Below are positions 8,999 through 20,811 of a DNA stretch of 64,000 nucleotides, piece after piece; position 1 is the stretch's first letter, and each line of letters begins with the position of its first letter. Both the position numbers and the translations under genes were made by a program. Where the stretch lies: assembly GCA_043747615.1 (NCBI GenBank), contig JAYTOU010000053.1, positions 64,001-128,000 on the forward strand, written 5' to 3'. The notes below the pieces were generated by a model that searched no databases, was not told the origin of the DNA, and saw only the letters and a list, made by a program, of their open reading frames with translations. Origin of the DNA: Myxococcales bacterium (GTDB taxonomy: Bacteria; Myxococcota_A; Polyangia; Polyangiales; Polyangiaceae).

Positions 8999-10468
8999 CT
9001 AGAAACCGAGCTGAGGGTTGAACGTCGGCTTTTTTCCGGACGATGCGGGCGCGGTCGGCGGTTTCACCGGATCGGTCGGCGGCGGGGTAGTGTGCACGGT
9101 GGGTTTCGCGCTGGTTGCGGGCACCGCAGGAACCACGGAAGAGGCGGATTTCACGGGCTCGGGGGGCACGGCAACGGCTGCAGACGCGACCGGGACGGCG
9201 GACGCGGGCAACGGTGGTACAGGCGGCGTGACGGCGGGGGGCGTCTCGGAGACGGCGCTCGTGCCGGGGGCGCCCGCGACGGGATGCTTCCTCGAGGCGA
9301 CTGTGATCCCCGCGAGCGCGGCGGCCCCGAGAGCGAGGACGACACCGAAGGCAATCCCGACGATGAGGCCGGTGTTGCTCTTCTGCGGGGGCGGCTGCCC
9401 GTTGAACGTATGGGTGAGGGGCGCTCCCGTGGAGAGGTTCCCTCCGGCTTGGGGCTGGTACGGCTCGAGCGACCCGGTGTCGCCGACGACGGACTGGGCC
9501 ATGGCCGATGGGGGCGTCTGCGCGAACGGTGGCAATGCGCCTCCAGCCGCATGCGCCGCGCGAGCCTGGGCGAGCTGCGCCTGGAGCGCGGCTCGATCGG
9601 TCACGTCCGATAGCTGCGAGACCCCGAGGGCGAGGGCGAGCGTGTCGGCGAACTCTTTCGAGCTCTGGAATCGCTGCGCTGGATCGCGCGAAGCAGCGCG
9701 AAAGAACCACCTATCGAACGCCATGGTCACGCCAGGAACCACGGTCGACGGCACCGGAACGGGGTGCACGATGATCTTCACCAAGAGATCCCCGAGGGCT
9801 TCGCTCTCGAAGGGCAGACGCCCGGTGTGGCACTGAAAAACGATGACGGCGAGCGACCAGAGATCGCTGCGGTAGTCGACGGACTTCGTGCCCTGGGCCT
9901 GCTCGGGGCTCATGTAGTAGGGGGTTCCGAGCATCGCGCCGGTCTTGGTGTTGCTCCCGCCGTCGAGCGCGGTGCTGTTGCTCTTCGCAATTCCGAAGTC
10001 GAGCACCTTGGCGATCTCGCGGTCGTCGTCGCGGACGAGAAAGATGTTGTCGGGCTTCAGGTCGCGATGAACGACGCCGAGGGAGTGCGCCTTGGTGAGC
10101 GCACGGCAGACTTGAGTGATGATCGTGACGAGCTCGCCGTTTGCGATTTTACCCGTCTTTTGTAGGCGCTTTCCGACGTCTTCGCCCTCGAGGAGCTCCA
10201 TGGCGATGTAGGGCCGTCCGTCGCAAACGCCATGGTCGAGTATCTGGACGACGTGGGGGCTGCGAAGCTGGGCCGCCGCCTTTGCCTCCCGTTCGAAGCG
10301 CTGGTGCGCTTCGGTCATGTTCGCGAAGTCACCTTCGATGAACTTCACCGCGCACGGGATGTCGAGCCCGAGATGCTGGGCCGTCCACACCGACCCCATC
10401 CCCCCGCGCCCGAGGAGCCTCGTCAGCCGGAAACGGCCGGCTACGACGGTATTCTCGACCAGCTCCAT
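8999..10468 (-). CDS. Membrane-anchored Hanks-type Ser/Thr protein kinase
   Basis: GRGGMGSV, AVK, HRDLKPDN, DFG, GTPYYMSPE; TM helix and Pro-rich extracytoplasmic tail. Confidence 0.95.
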   Translation of the reverse strand: MELVENTVVAGRFRLTRLLGRGGMGSVWTAQHLGLDIPCAVKFIEGDFANMTEAHQRFEREAKAAAQLRSPHVVQILDHGVCDGRPYIAMELLEGEDVGKRLQKTGKIANGELVTIITQVCRALTKAHSLGVVHRDLKPDNIFLVRDDDREIAKVLDFGIAKSNSTALDGGSNTKTGAMLGTPYYMSPEQAQGTKSVDYRSDLWSLAVIVFQCHTGRLPFESEALGDLLVKIIVHPVPVPSTVVPGVTMAFDRWFFRAASRDPAQRFQSSKEFADTLALALGVSQLSDVTDRAALQAQLAQARAAHAAGGALPPFAQTPPSAMAQSVVGDTGSLEPYQPQAGGNLSTGAPLTHTFNGQPPPQKSNTGLIVGIAFGVVLALGAAALAGITVASRKHPVAGAPGTSAVSETPPAVTPPVPPLPASAVPVASAAVAVPPEPVKSASSVVPAVPATSAKPTVHTTPPPTDPVKPPTAPASSGKKPTFNPQLGF

Positions 10469-10561
10469 TAGAGCTTAACGATAGCCGCCTTTTGGAGAGC
10501 CGCACAAGGTCACGGTGTTTTCGGGGTTGCGCGCGGACCGCGCCCGACTGATCTTGACCCT

Positions 10562-10915
10562 ATGCGAGTGCGACAAGGCGCCGGCGGCGGTGGCGGTAGG
10601 CCCGACAAACCCGGGAAAAAGCAGCAAGAAGACGTCGAGGTCAAAGAGCGGACGAAAGAGGTCGTCCCGCGCCGCTACCGTGTCCTCTTTCACAACGACG
10701 ACTACACGACCATGGAGTTCGTGGTCGACGCCCTGATCACCTTCTTTCACAAGAGCGAGACCGAAGCGACGCACGTCATGCTGACCGTGCATAAGATGGG
10801 AAACGCGGTTGCTGGAATCTACACGCGCGACGTCGCCGAAACGAAAGTGGAACAGGTCATGGATCACGCCAAGCAGCACGGAATGCCACTGCTTCTCACC
10901 GCGGAGCCCGAGTAA
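10562..10915 (+). CDS. clpS: ATP-dependent Clp protease adaptor ClpS
   Basis: YRVLFHNDDYTTMEFVV...MLTVH...G...AETK motif; directly abuts clpA. Confidence 0.96.
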   Translation: MRVRQGAGGGGGRPDKPGKKQQEDVEVKERTKEVVPRRYRVLFHNDDYTTMEFVVDALITFFHKSETEATHVMLTVHKMGNAVAGIYTRDVAETKVEQVMDHAKQHGMPLLLTAEPE

Positions 10916-13204
<2,289 letters not shown>

Positions 13205-13256
13205 AGAAACGCTAGACGAGTGACCACTGCGCACATGTATAGTATCGTTCTACGTC

Positions 13257-14309
13257 ATGCGTGTGTTGCCGATCGCGAACCCGCCCAATCCATGGGCGAC
13301 GACGGAGATGGAGTACATCGAGGTCGACGGCGATCCTGACGGCTCGAACCCGGGCGCAAGGCTTCAGGTCTACGAAGATCACACGCGCAGCATTCTCTCC
13401 AAGAACGACAGCCCGGACATCGGCTTCACCTGGAGCATCAACCCGTATCGAGGGTGCTTCCACGCTTGCGCGTATTGCTACGCGCGGCCCGGCCACGAGT
13501 ATCTGAGCTTCGGCGCGGGAACGGACTTCGATCGGAAGATTGTGGTCAAGCCGAACGCTCCAGAGCTCCTCCGCGAAGCGTTCGACAAGCGCTCGTGGAA
13601 GGGCGAGCTCATCGTCTTCAGCGGGGTAACCGACTGTTACCAGCCGCTCGAGGCCTCTTACAAGCTCACGCGGGGCTGCGTCGATGTGTGTGCAGAATAC
13701 AAGAATCCCCTCGCCATCATCACCAAGTCGCCGCTCATCGAACGAGACATCGACGTCCTCGTCGAAGCGTCGAAGAGCGCGGACGTTCGACTGGCAATCA
13801 GCATTCCTTTTTGGGATCCCGAAAAGGCGCGCGCGATGGAACCGTACGTGGCAACGCCAGCGAGACGAATGCGCACGATCGAGAAGCTGGCGGCCGCTGG
13901 TCTCAGCGTGGGGGTGAACGTGGCGCCGATCATTCCAGGTCTGGGCGACGAAGAGATCGGCGATGTGCTCAAGGCGGCGCGGGAAGCGGGCGCCACCTTT
14001 GCGGGTAAGGTGATCCTGCGTCTTCCGGGGCCGGTGAAAGAGGTGTTCGAGCAGCGTCTGAGGGCTACCCTCCCCCTGCGCGCCGAGAAGGTCCTCCGTC
14101 GGATTCGCGATACGCGCGGCGGCAAACTCTACGACGCACGCTTCGGAACGCGCGGAAGGGGCGAAGGCGTTTATGCCGATGCCATCCACGCCCTCTTCGA
14201 CCAGACGGCCAAGCGCCTCGGCTTCCGTGTGGGCGTCGAGTCGGCCTCGCCCACGCGGGATACATTCGAGCGCCCGCTCGGGAAAAAGCGCCAGCTGGGG
14301 CTCTTTTGA
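13257..14309 (+). CDS. Radical SAM protein, PA0069/Rv2578c (SplB-like) family
   Basis: SINPYRGCFHACAYCYAR (CxxxCxxC), TDCYQP, C-terminal QLGLF. Confidence 0.9.
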   Translation: MRVLPIANPPNPWATTEMEYIEVDGDPDGSNPGARLQVYEDHTRSILSKNDSPDIGFTWSINPYRGCFHACAYCYARPGHEYLSFGAGTDFDRKIVVKPNAPELLREAFDKRSWKGELIVFSGVTDCYQPLEASYKLTRGCVDVCAEYKNPLAIITKSPLIERDIDVLVEASKSADVRLAISIPFWDPEKARAMEPYVATPARRMRTIEKLAAAGLSVGVNVAPIIPGLGDEEIGDVLKAAREAGATFAGKVILRLPGPVKEVFEQRLRATLPLRAEKVLRRIRDTRGGKLYDARFGTRGRGEGVYADAIHALFDQTAKRLGFRVGVESASPTRDTFERPLGKKRQLGLF

Positions 14310-14315
14310 ACGAGA

Positions 14316-14370
14316 TCGCGTGACGCATATCACGCGACACACTCTGTCGAAGGTCGAGTAGGGTCCCACC
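14316..14370 (+). promoter_or_regulatory. Conserved upstream motif, copy 1 (hairpin plus TCACGCG.CACA.TCT..CGAAGGTCGA.TAGG)
   Basis: Perfect 8-bp hairpin TCGCGTGA-N6-TCACGCGA at 14316-14337; 14330-14362 matches 51107-51139 at 28/33 positions without gaps. Confidence 0.55.
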
Positions 14371-14374
14371 CGAG

Positions 14375-16363
14375 ATGCGAAACGCACTCTACTTAGTCGC
14401 GATGCTCGCGCTTTTCGATGCGGCCCTAGAGCCCGCCCACGCCGACACGGGCGCGCTCCCGACTCCGCCGCAAGACCCGGCGTTCTTCGAGACCGACGCG
14501 TCACTACCGGCGCACGCCGAACCGGTTGCAGACTACACGCTTTTGGCGTCACTCGATCCCGTGGCTCACACCATTCACGGCGAGGGCACGATTCGCTGGC
14601 GAAACGCGAGCTCGACACCAACGCGCGAGCTGTGGATTCATCTCTATCTGAACGGCTTCAAGAACCAGAAGAGCGTCTGGATGCGAGAGCCGGTCGGCGG
14701 CGCGCGCGGAGTCGGATCGGTTCACGAATGGGGCGCCATCGACGTCCGAAGCTTTACCCTGCGCGAAGGGCCGAAGGGCGCGGTCGATCTCTGGCCGAAC
14801 GCTGAGCTGCACCGTCCGAACGATGAAGACGAGACGGACGTACGCGTGCCCCTTCCAGCAGATGTGCTCCCCGGGCAGGTCATCACGCTCGACATGAAGT
14901 GGGACGACAAGCTCCCCAACATCATCGAGCGCACTGGCTACAGCGGCAGCTTCCACTTCGCCGGACAGTGGTTTCCGAAGGTGGCGCGTCTTGAAACGGA
15001 CGGGCGCTGGGCGCACTACCCTTTTCATCATCTCGCCGAGTTTTACGCCGACTTCGGAACGTACGACGTGACCCTAGACGTGCCTGCGAATTTTTTGCTC
15101 GCGGCGACGGGGCCGGTGGTGGAATCACGCATTGAAAAAGGGCGGCGGATCGAGCGCCATGTTCAGGGGGACATCCACGATTTCGCGTGGACCGCTTGGG
15201 ATCAGTTCCTGGCCCAGCGCGAGAAGATCACCGGCGTCGACGTGACGATTTTCTATCCGCCCGGCTTTCGAGTGGTTGCCGAGCGCGAGATGCGTGCGAT
15301 CCGTTTTGCGCTTCCGCATTTCGGAAAGCGCTACGGCCCCTACCCGTATCCGGTGCTCACGATCGTACATCCGCCGAGCGAGGCCATCGAAGCCGGGGGA
15401 ATGGAATACCCGACCCTCATCACCACCGAGGGTCCGTGGTGGGGTCCACCCGGCGTGATGTACGACGAGCTCCTGGCGATCCACGAGTTCGGGCACCAAT
15501 GGTTTTACGGAATGATCGCCAGTGACGAGCTGGCTTGGCCCTTCCTCGACGAAGGCCTAAACTCGTACGCCGAACAGGAAGCGCTCGGCGCATGGCGCGG
15601 CAGCGGATCGGCGGCCGAGGTCTTCGCGCTCACCGTCTCCGATCGCACCCTGCACGCAATCGCTGGCAACAGCGATGCCCACAACCAAGCGGTCGCCCTG
15701 CCCGCCAACGCGTTCTCCACTGGAACGGCGTACTCGCGGCTCGTCTACTCGCGCACCGCGAGCATCCTGGAGACGATGCGCGGCGCGTACGGAACTGCGG
15801 CGGTCGAGAAGGCGCTCGGGCGTTACGCGCGCCAGCAACGCTTCAAACATCCGCGCCCCGATGACTTCATCCGGATTTTTTCCGACGTACTGGGCGAAGC
15901 GGGCGCACACAACCTTCGTGCCGCGCTCTTCGACAAAGGGTGGGTAGACTACGTCGCGGACGGCGTCTTCAGCGAGCACGTCTCGGACGCAGCCGGCCTC
16001 TTCGACCGCGACGGAAAACGCGAGCGCGTGGCAGAAGGAACGGGGCAAGGAAACACGTACGACGGGTGGGTCCACGTCACCCGCCGCGGGACGCTCGTCT
16101 TCCCCGTCGACATCGAGCTGACGCTGGTCGACGGAAGTGTGCAGCGACTTCGCTGGGACGGCGAAGGTGACAGCGTCCGCCTGCCCTACCACGGTACCGC
16201 TGCGCTCCGCGGCGCGGTGATCGATCCTGATCACGCGATCACGATCGACCAGAACCTCGGCAACAATCACGCGACCTCTGTCGGCGCGGAGGGCGGCAGC
16301 GCGCGGAGCTTCGAGCGCATCTCCTACATGAGCGAGCTTTTTTTGCAGGCGATTTCTCCATGA
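14375..16363 (+). CDS. Secreted M1-family zinc metallopeptidase
   Basis: Signal peptide, GGMEYP exopeptidase motif, HEFGH-x18-E zinc motif. Confidence 0.92.
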   Translation: MRNALYLVAMLALFDAALEPAHADTGALPTPPQDPAFFETDASLPAHAEPVADYTLLASLDPVAHTIHGEGTIRWRNASSTPTRELWIHLYLNGFKNQKSVWMREPVGGARGVGSVHEWGAIDVRSFTLREGPKGAVDLWPNAELHRPNDEDETDVRVPLPADVLPGQVITLDMKWDDKLPNIIERTGYSGSFHFAGQWFPKVARLETDGRWAHYPFHHLAEFYADFGTYDVTLDVPANFLLAATGPVVESRIEKGRRIERHVQGDIHDFAWTAWDQFLAQREKITGVDVTIFYPPGFRVVAEREMRAIRFALPHFGKRYGPYPYPVLTIVHPPSEAIEAGGMEYPTLITTEGPWWGPPGVMYDELLAIHEFGHQWFYGMIASDELAWPFLDEGLNSYAEQEALGAWRGSGSAAEVFALTVSDRTLHAIAGNSDAHNQAVALPANAFSTGTAYSRLVYSRTASILETMRGAYGTAAVEKALGRYARQQRFKHPRPDDFIRIFSDVLGEAGAHNLRAALFDKGWVDYVADGVFSEHVSDAAGLFDRDGKRERVAEGTGQGNTYDGWVHVTRRGTLVFPVDIELTLVDGSVQRLRWDGEGDSVRLPYHGTAALRGAVIDPDHAITIDQNLGNNHATSVGAEGGSARSFERISYMSELFLQAISP

Positions 16364-17421
16364 CGGACGTCGAGCCGATCGAAGTCGAGCCCATCACCGA
16401 TCCGAATATCGCGCTGCCTCGCCTGTCCACGCCGAGCTTCGGTGACGAGGCGAACGACGTCGAGCTGGTGCTCCTTGCTAACCGCTCGATCCGCGCGCGG
16501 GCACGGCCCGGTGTGGTGCTCTTCTTGTGGCTCTACCAGCTCCTATGCGCAGTGTTCTTCGCGTGGCCGACCGCCGCGCTCGTGGGGCAGGCCTACCGAA
16601 ATCATCCGCGCGGAGATGCGGTCCTCTTCGAGCCCGGCGGCCTCGCCTTGGCCGACTTCGTATGGCGCTCGCGCGGATTCTCCGGAGCGCTCCTCGCCCA
16701 CGACACGATCGTCGCCATCTTCAGCGTAGTCGCGGGCCTTCTTCCGCTCTCGGCGCTACTCGCGTCGATGGCCTACACCACGCGTGCCCGTCGATCACCG
16801 CGCCCACGGCAGCTCGTTCGCTTCGCCTTCGACGCCTTCGGAAGCATGCTGGGGCTGTTCTTCATCGCGAGCGCTCTCGAAGTCCTCTTTGCCGGAATCG
16901 CGATCACGCTCGGAGACTACGTTACCGACTCCGGGCTCGCGCGGATGGGCGAAGCGCGCGCGGAGCAGCTCGGGTGGCTCGTCACCCTTGTCGTTTTTCT
17001 CATCGCCCTCGTAGTGGGCGTCCTGCACGATCTCGCGCGAGCCTCGGTGGTCCGCTTTCGCGTCGGCGCAACGAAGGCATGCGTGCTTGCGTGGAATACG
17101 TTCCGCATGCACCCGGTCTCTCTCTTCGGCTCTTGGGGCTGGCGCGCTTGCGCGGGGCTCGTGCCGATCGCGGCCGCGTCGATGGTGACGGATCGAATCG
17201 CACTACGAACGGGTGGCTCTCTCGTCGCCGTTTTCGTGCTGCACCAGGCGGTGGTAGTCGCGCGCGTGGCCCTTCGCGCGTCGTGGCTCGCGAGCGCACT
17301 TCGGGCCGTGGACGATGCCCACCGGGTGACCAGGTCGCGTGCTACTTCGTCGCAGAGAGCGAGCGAAAGAGCTGTTCGTAGCGACGTGCCGGACGCTCCC
17401 ATCCACGATCCAATCGCATGA
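16360..17421 (+). CDS. Multi-pass membrane hypothetical protein
   Basis: About six hydrophobic segments; ATGA overlap with the M1 peptidase gene. Confidence 0.7.
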   Translation: MTDVEPIEVEPITDPNIALPRLSTPSFGDEANDVELVLLANRSIRARARPGVVLFLWLYQLLCAVFFAWPTAALVGQAYRNHPRGDAVLFEPGGLALADFVWRSRGFSGALLAHDTIVAIFSVVAGLLPLSALLASMAYTTRARRSPRPRQLVRFAFDAFGSMLGLFFIASALEVLFAGIAITLGDYVTDSGLARMGEARAEQLGWLVTLVVFLIALVVGVLHDLARASVVRFRVGATKACVLAWNTFRMHPVSLFGSWGWRACAGLVPIAAASMVTDRIALRTGGSLVAVFVLHQAVVVARVALRASWLASALRAVDDAHRVTRSRATSSQRASERAVRSDVPDAPIHDPIA

Positions 17422-18805
17422 CCCTGCGGACGAGCGCTGGCCATCGGTCGTGCGCGCGGGCGGCGATGGCTCGCTCCAGGGCAGCAACGAGCTCGCCTTC
17501 GCTCGCTCCCTGAAATAGAAACCCCGTTCCAGTCTCGAGCTTCGCGTCGCAATCGACGACCGTGTCGATGATGCCGCCGGTGGCGCGCGCCACTGGGAGT
17601 GCGCCGTAGCGTTGCGCATAGAGTTGCACGAGCCCACATGGCTCATGAAGGCTCGGAAGGAGGACCATGTCTGCACCTGCAAACATGCGGTGCACGAGCG
17701 CGTCGCTCGCCGCTCGGACGAAGACGACGCGGCCGTTGGAGCGAGCCACATGGTCGTCGATTCGCTCGCAAATCGAGGCGTCTCCGCTGCCAGCGATGAC
17801 GATGGTCGCGTCGGTGCTTCGCAAGATGCGCGGGAGCGCGGCGAGCAAGAGATCGATTCCTTTTTGCTCCACCAGGCGACCCACGCTTGCGACGACAGGG
17901 CCTTCCGAGTCGATCGGAAGACCGAGCTCGCGAAGCAGCGCACCACGGCAGCGCGCTTTGCCTCCGAGATCCTCTGCGTCGTAGCGAGCGGCGAGCGCCG
18001 GATCCGTGGCGGGATTCCATACGCTGTAATCGACGCCGTTGAGGATCCCCGCGAGCTGCTGACCGCGCGCGCTGAGAACTCCATTCAGGCCGCTGCCGAA
18101 CGCTTCGGTCTGGATCTCCCGCGCGTACGTCGGGCTCACCGTGCTTACGGCGTCGGCGGAAATGATCCCCTGCTTGAGGACGTTCAGCTTTCCGTAAAAT
18201 TCGATGCCGTCGACCTTGAATTTATCCCAGTCGAGACCGAGCTCAGGGAGCGCTTCCCGAGGGAAAATTCCTTGGTGAGCGACGTTGTGAAGCGTGAGCA
18301 CGGTCTTCGTCGCGTCGAGCCCTGCGGCACCCGAGCGGCGCATATCGGAAATGTACGTGGCGACGAGCGCCGTCGGCCAATCGTTCGCGTGCACGATGTC
18401 GAAGGGAGAGCCGGCCTGTCCGCGCTGGTGGGCGAGCTCGGCAGCTGCGCGCGAAAGGATCGCGAAGCGGAGGGCGTTGTCCTGAAAATCAACGCCGTTT
18501 TCCCCGTACACGCCGGCGCGGTCGAACATGCCTGGTGCATCGAGGAGCACGAGATCGACCTGGGAAGCGAGACGCCCGTCGAACACCGTGACCTCGACGC
18601 TCTTGCCGCCCAAGTTGAATTTCAAGGGGGTGAGGCGGCGCGCCACGAGCAGGCCGCCCGCTTCGAGCTCGGGAAAACGGGGGAGAACGATGGTGACGCG
18701 GTGACCGAGACCGCGAAGTGCTTTGGGGAGCGCAGCGGCGACGTCTGCGAGGCCGCCGACTTTGACGAACGGCGCGAGCTCCGTCGAAACGAAGAGAATT
18801 TCCAT
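17342..18805 (-). CDS. glgA: Glycogen synthase (GT5)
   Basis: MEILFVSTELAPFVKVGGLADV, HANDW, TLHN, GRLVEQKG, EPCGLVQL; start set at ATG 18805. Confidence 0.93.
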   Translation of the reverse strand: MEILFVSTELAPFVKVGGLADVAAALPKALRGLGHRVTIVLPRFPELEAGGLLVARRLTPLKFNLGGKSVEVTVFDGRLASQVDLVLLDAPGMFDRAGVYGENGVDFQDNALRFAILSRAAAELAHQRGQAGSPFDIVHANDWPTALVATYISDMRRSGAAGLDATKTVLTLHNVAHQGIFPREALPELGLDWDKFKVDGIEFYGKLNVLKQGIISADAVSTVSPTYAREIQTEAFGSGLNGVLSARGQQLAGILNGVDYSVWNPATDPALAARYDAEDLGGKARCRGALLRELGLPIDSEGPVVASVGRLVEQKGIDLLLAALPRILRSTDATIVIAGSGDASICERIDDHVARSNGRVVFVRAASDALVHRMFAGADMVLLPSLHEPCGLVQLYAQRYGALPVARATGGIIDTVVDCDAKLETGTGFLFQGASEGELVAALERAIAARAHDRWPALVRRVMRLDRGWERPARRYEQLFRSLSATK

Positions 18806-18839
18806 GGCTCCCGCGCTTCTACCACGTAATAGAAGGAGC

Positions 18840-19877
18840 ATGACGCGGCTGCGCAATTCTCCGGGGGATTACGTCCCGCCGGCGGATGTGGCCGATGGGT
18901 CGATCGTGAGCGTGTTTCGCGTCCCACCGGAGGTGGCGGGGATGCGGCTCGACCTGTTCGTGAAGAGCCAGCTGCGCCGAACGAGCCGCACCCGGACCCA
19001 GGAGATCATCGCCCTGTCCGCGTACAGTCACGAGGGAAAGCGTCTGCGTTCAAACGATCGCGTCTACGCCGAGCAGGAAATCTTTCTCTGGCGCGCGCCG
19101 TGGGACGAGACTCCGGTGCCGACCGACATTCCGGTGGTGTACGAGGACGAGCACTTTCTGGCCGTAAACAAGCCCGCGAACCTGCCGGTGCATCCAACGG
19201 CGCGCTACCACAACAACACCCTCATCATGCTGATGAAGGCGGAGCGGCCGGGTGAATTTCTCACCCTTGCTCACCGCATCGATCGCGAGACGAGCGGCGT
19301 CCTCTTGGTGGCGAAGAGCGCGGCCTGCGATCGGGCCCTCAAGCGGCAACTGGAGCTGCGAGAGGGAATCGAAAAGGTGTATTCCGCAATTACCTGGGGG
19401 GTGCCCTCGTCCGCCAGCGGAGACTCGCGTTTTCGCCACGTGCAAAGCGTCGAGCTCGACGTCGATAGCCGTTACAAAGTGAAGATGCGCGTCGGAATCA
19501 CGGAAACAGCCCTGTTCGCCGCCACGCAGTTCGAGGTGCTCGAGACCGCCCAGGCCCTGGGAAAGAGCTACGCGCGCGTGTCGTGTCTGATCGAAACCGG
19601 ACGGCAACACCAGATCCGCGTGCACCTGATGTCCCTCGGCACGCCCATCGTCGGAGACAAGTTGTACGGGCCAGACGAAAGCGCCTTTGCCCGCTCGGCC
19701 GACGGTGAGCTCACCCTCGACGATCTCGAGATGCTCGAGCTCCCCCGCCACGCCCTGCACGCCTCACGCATGTCGCTCCGTCATCCGATCACGGGCGTCG
19801 ACCTCACCATCGAAGCGCCCTGGCCTGCCGACATGAAGGCCTTCTGGGAAGGCCTCGCTAGCGAGCCCCGGACCTAA
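18840..19877 (+). CDS. RluA/RluD-family RNA pseudouridine synthase
   Basis: S4-like N-terminus, VNKPA, HRIDRETSG, TGRQHQIRVH, GDKLYG; AGGAG RBS before ATG 18840. Confidence 0.93.
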   Translation: MTRLRNSPGDYVPPADVADGSIVSVFRVPPEVAGMRLDLFVKSQLRRTSRTRTQEIIALSAYSHEGKRLRSNDRVYAEQEIFLWRAPWDETPVPTDIPVVYEDEHFLAVNKPANLPVHPTARYHNNTLIMLMKAERPGEFLTLAHRIDRETSGVLLVAKSAACDRALKRQLELREGIEKVYSAITWGVPSSASGDSRFRHVQSVELDVDSRYKVKMRVGITETALFAATQFEVLETAQALGKSYARVSCLIETGRQHQIRVHLMSLGTPIVGDKLYGPDESAFARSADGELTLDDLEMLELPRHALHASRMSLRHPITGVDLTIEAPWPADMKAFWEGLASEPRT

Positions 19878-20671
19878 AGGCAGTCGTTCGGCGCCGACGG
19901 GGTGCCTTTTCCGTTGCCACCCGGCCAGGCGGTCGTCGACAAGCACCAGCTCGCCTTCACCAAGCTCGCCGCGTTCGTCAGCGTCCTCAGCTCGATGCTG
20001 ACTCCGCTCACCTGGGCCGAAGTGAATCCGAACGGACCGTAGTTGCTCTGCGCGATTTGCGTGGTGCCGTTCAAGATGAAGATCGCGCCAGTGCCGCTGT
20101 TGGTCAGCTGCACGTCGTTCGCGGGAGCGTCGCCATACTCATACGCGAGGCTTGCTCCCGGGAGGCTCACCGCGACGGCCGCGCTCCTCGTGTGCACCAA
20201 AAGGTAGTAGCCCGCAGGCGCGATCACCAACGCCGGGCTGGCCGCGATGGCGTGCGCGCGCCCTGATCCGTCTTTCAGGGTGAGTCCGCTCAAGAGCTTG
20301 GGGTCTGCCGTGGTGTTGTAGAGCTCGAACCACTCTTCGGCGGGCTCGGTCCCTGTTGGGTTGTAGAGCACTTCGCTCACCACGACCTCGCCGACGAGGG
20401 GAAGGACGGCTCCCGCTCCTGTCTCCGGTGCCGCGCTAGGATCGGGCGGCGCATCGGACGGTCCTCTTCCGTCGATCGATGATGTGGAGTCGGCTGCGCC
20501 CCCGTCTCCGAGGAGTGGGTCGCCGCCATCCGCAGGAGGTGCGCCGTCGCTGCCAGTTACGTTGGTAAACGCCTGTTGATCGGGCAGCGTCCCCGTCGCG
20601 CAGGCGACGAGACCACCGCACGCAAGGCTAACTTGAACCGCGACGAGCATCCTGACCGTGGAAGGGCGCAT
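19874..20671 (-). CDS. Lamin-tail-domain lipoprotein
   Basis: Lipobox LVAC, D/G/P-rich linker, VVSEVLYNP...EWFELYN and terminal GTPSAPN typical of the lamin tail domain. Confidence 0.8.
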   Translation of the reverse strand: MRPSTVRMLVAVQVSLACGGLVACATGTLPDQQAFTNVTGSDGAPPADGGDPLLGDGGAADSTSSIDGRGPSDAPPDPSAAPETGAGAVLPLVGEVVVSEVLYNPTGTEPAEEWFELYNTTADPKLLSGLTLKDGSGRAHAIAASPALVIAPAGYYLLVHTRSAAVAVSLPGASLAYEYGDAPANDVQLTNSGTGAIFILNGTTQIAQSNYGPFGFTSAQVSGVSIELRTLTNAASLVKASWCLSTTAWPGGNGKGTPSAPNDCL

Positions 20672-20754
20672 GTAGCGAAGATACTGGTATGAGACGGGAT
20701 CTGTCGTCACGCAACGAGTATCGAGCGTGCGCCGGCCAAATGTTTGCAGCCCGA

Positions 20755-20801
20755 CACCCACGCTCCACCCACGCTTCACCCACGCTTCACCCACGCTTCA
20801 C
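20755..20801. repeat. Four tandem 11-bp repeats CACCCACGCT(T/C)
   Basis: Units at 20755, 20766, 20777 and 20788 plus a partial CAC; ends about 10 bp past the stop of the RHH-like gene. Confidence 0.9.
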
Positions 20802-20811
20802 ACGGTCGAAG

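Noticed and set aside
8997..9710. N-terminal extension of ORF 8175..9710 (also the long 5' extensions of 27932, 55071..56765 and 60643..61749)
   Set aside because: They overlap neighbouring real genes and read as Arg-rich frame noise; starts were trimmed.
14319..14334. CRP/FNR-family box (CGTGA-N6-TCACG) as a separate feature
   Set aside because: It fits GTGA-N6-TCAC, but the second copy of the larger motif lacks the left half-site, so it is treated as part of the shared motif.
20755..20801. CRISPR array
   Set aside because: The units are 11 bp and contiguous with no spacers, and there are no cas genes in the window.
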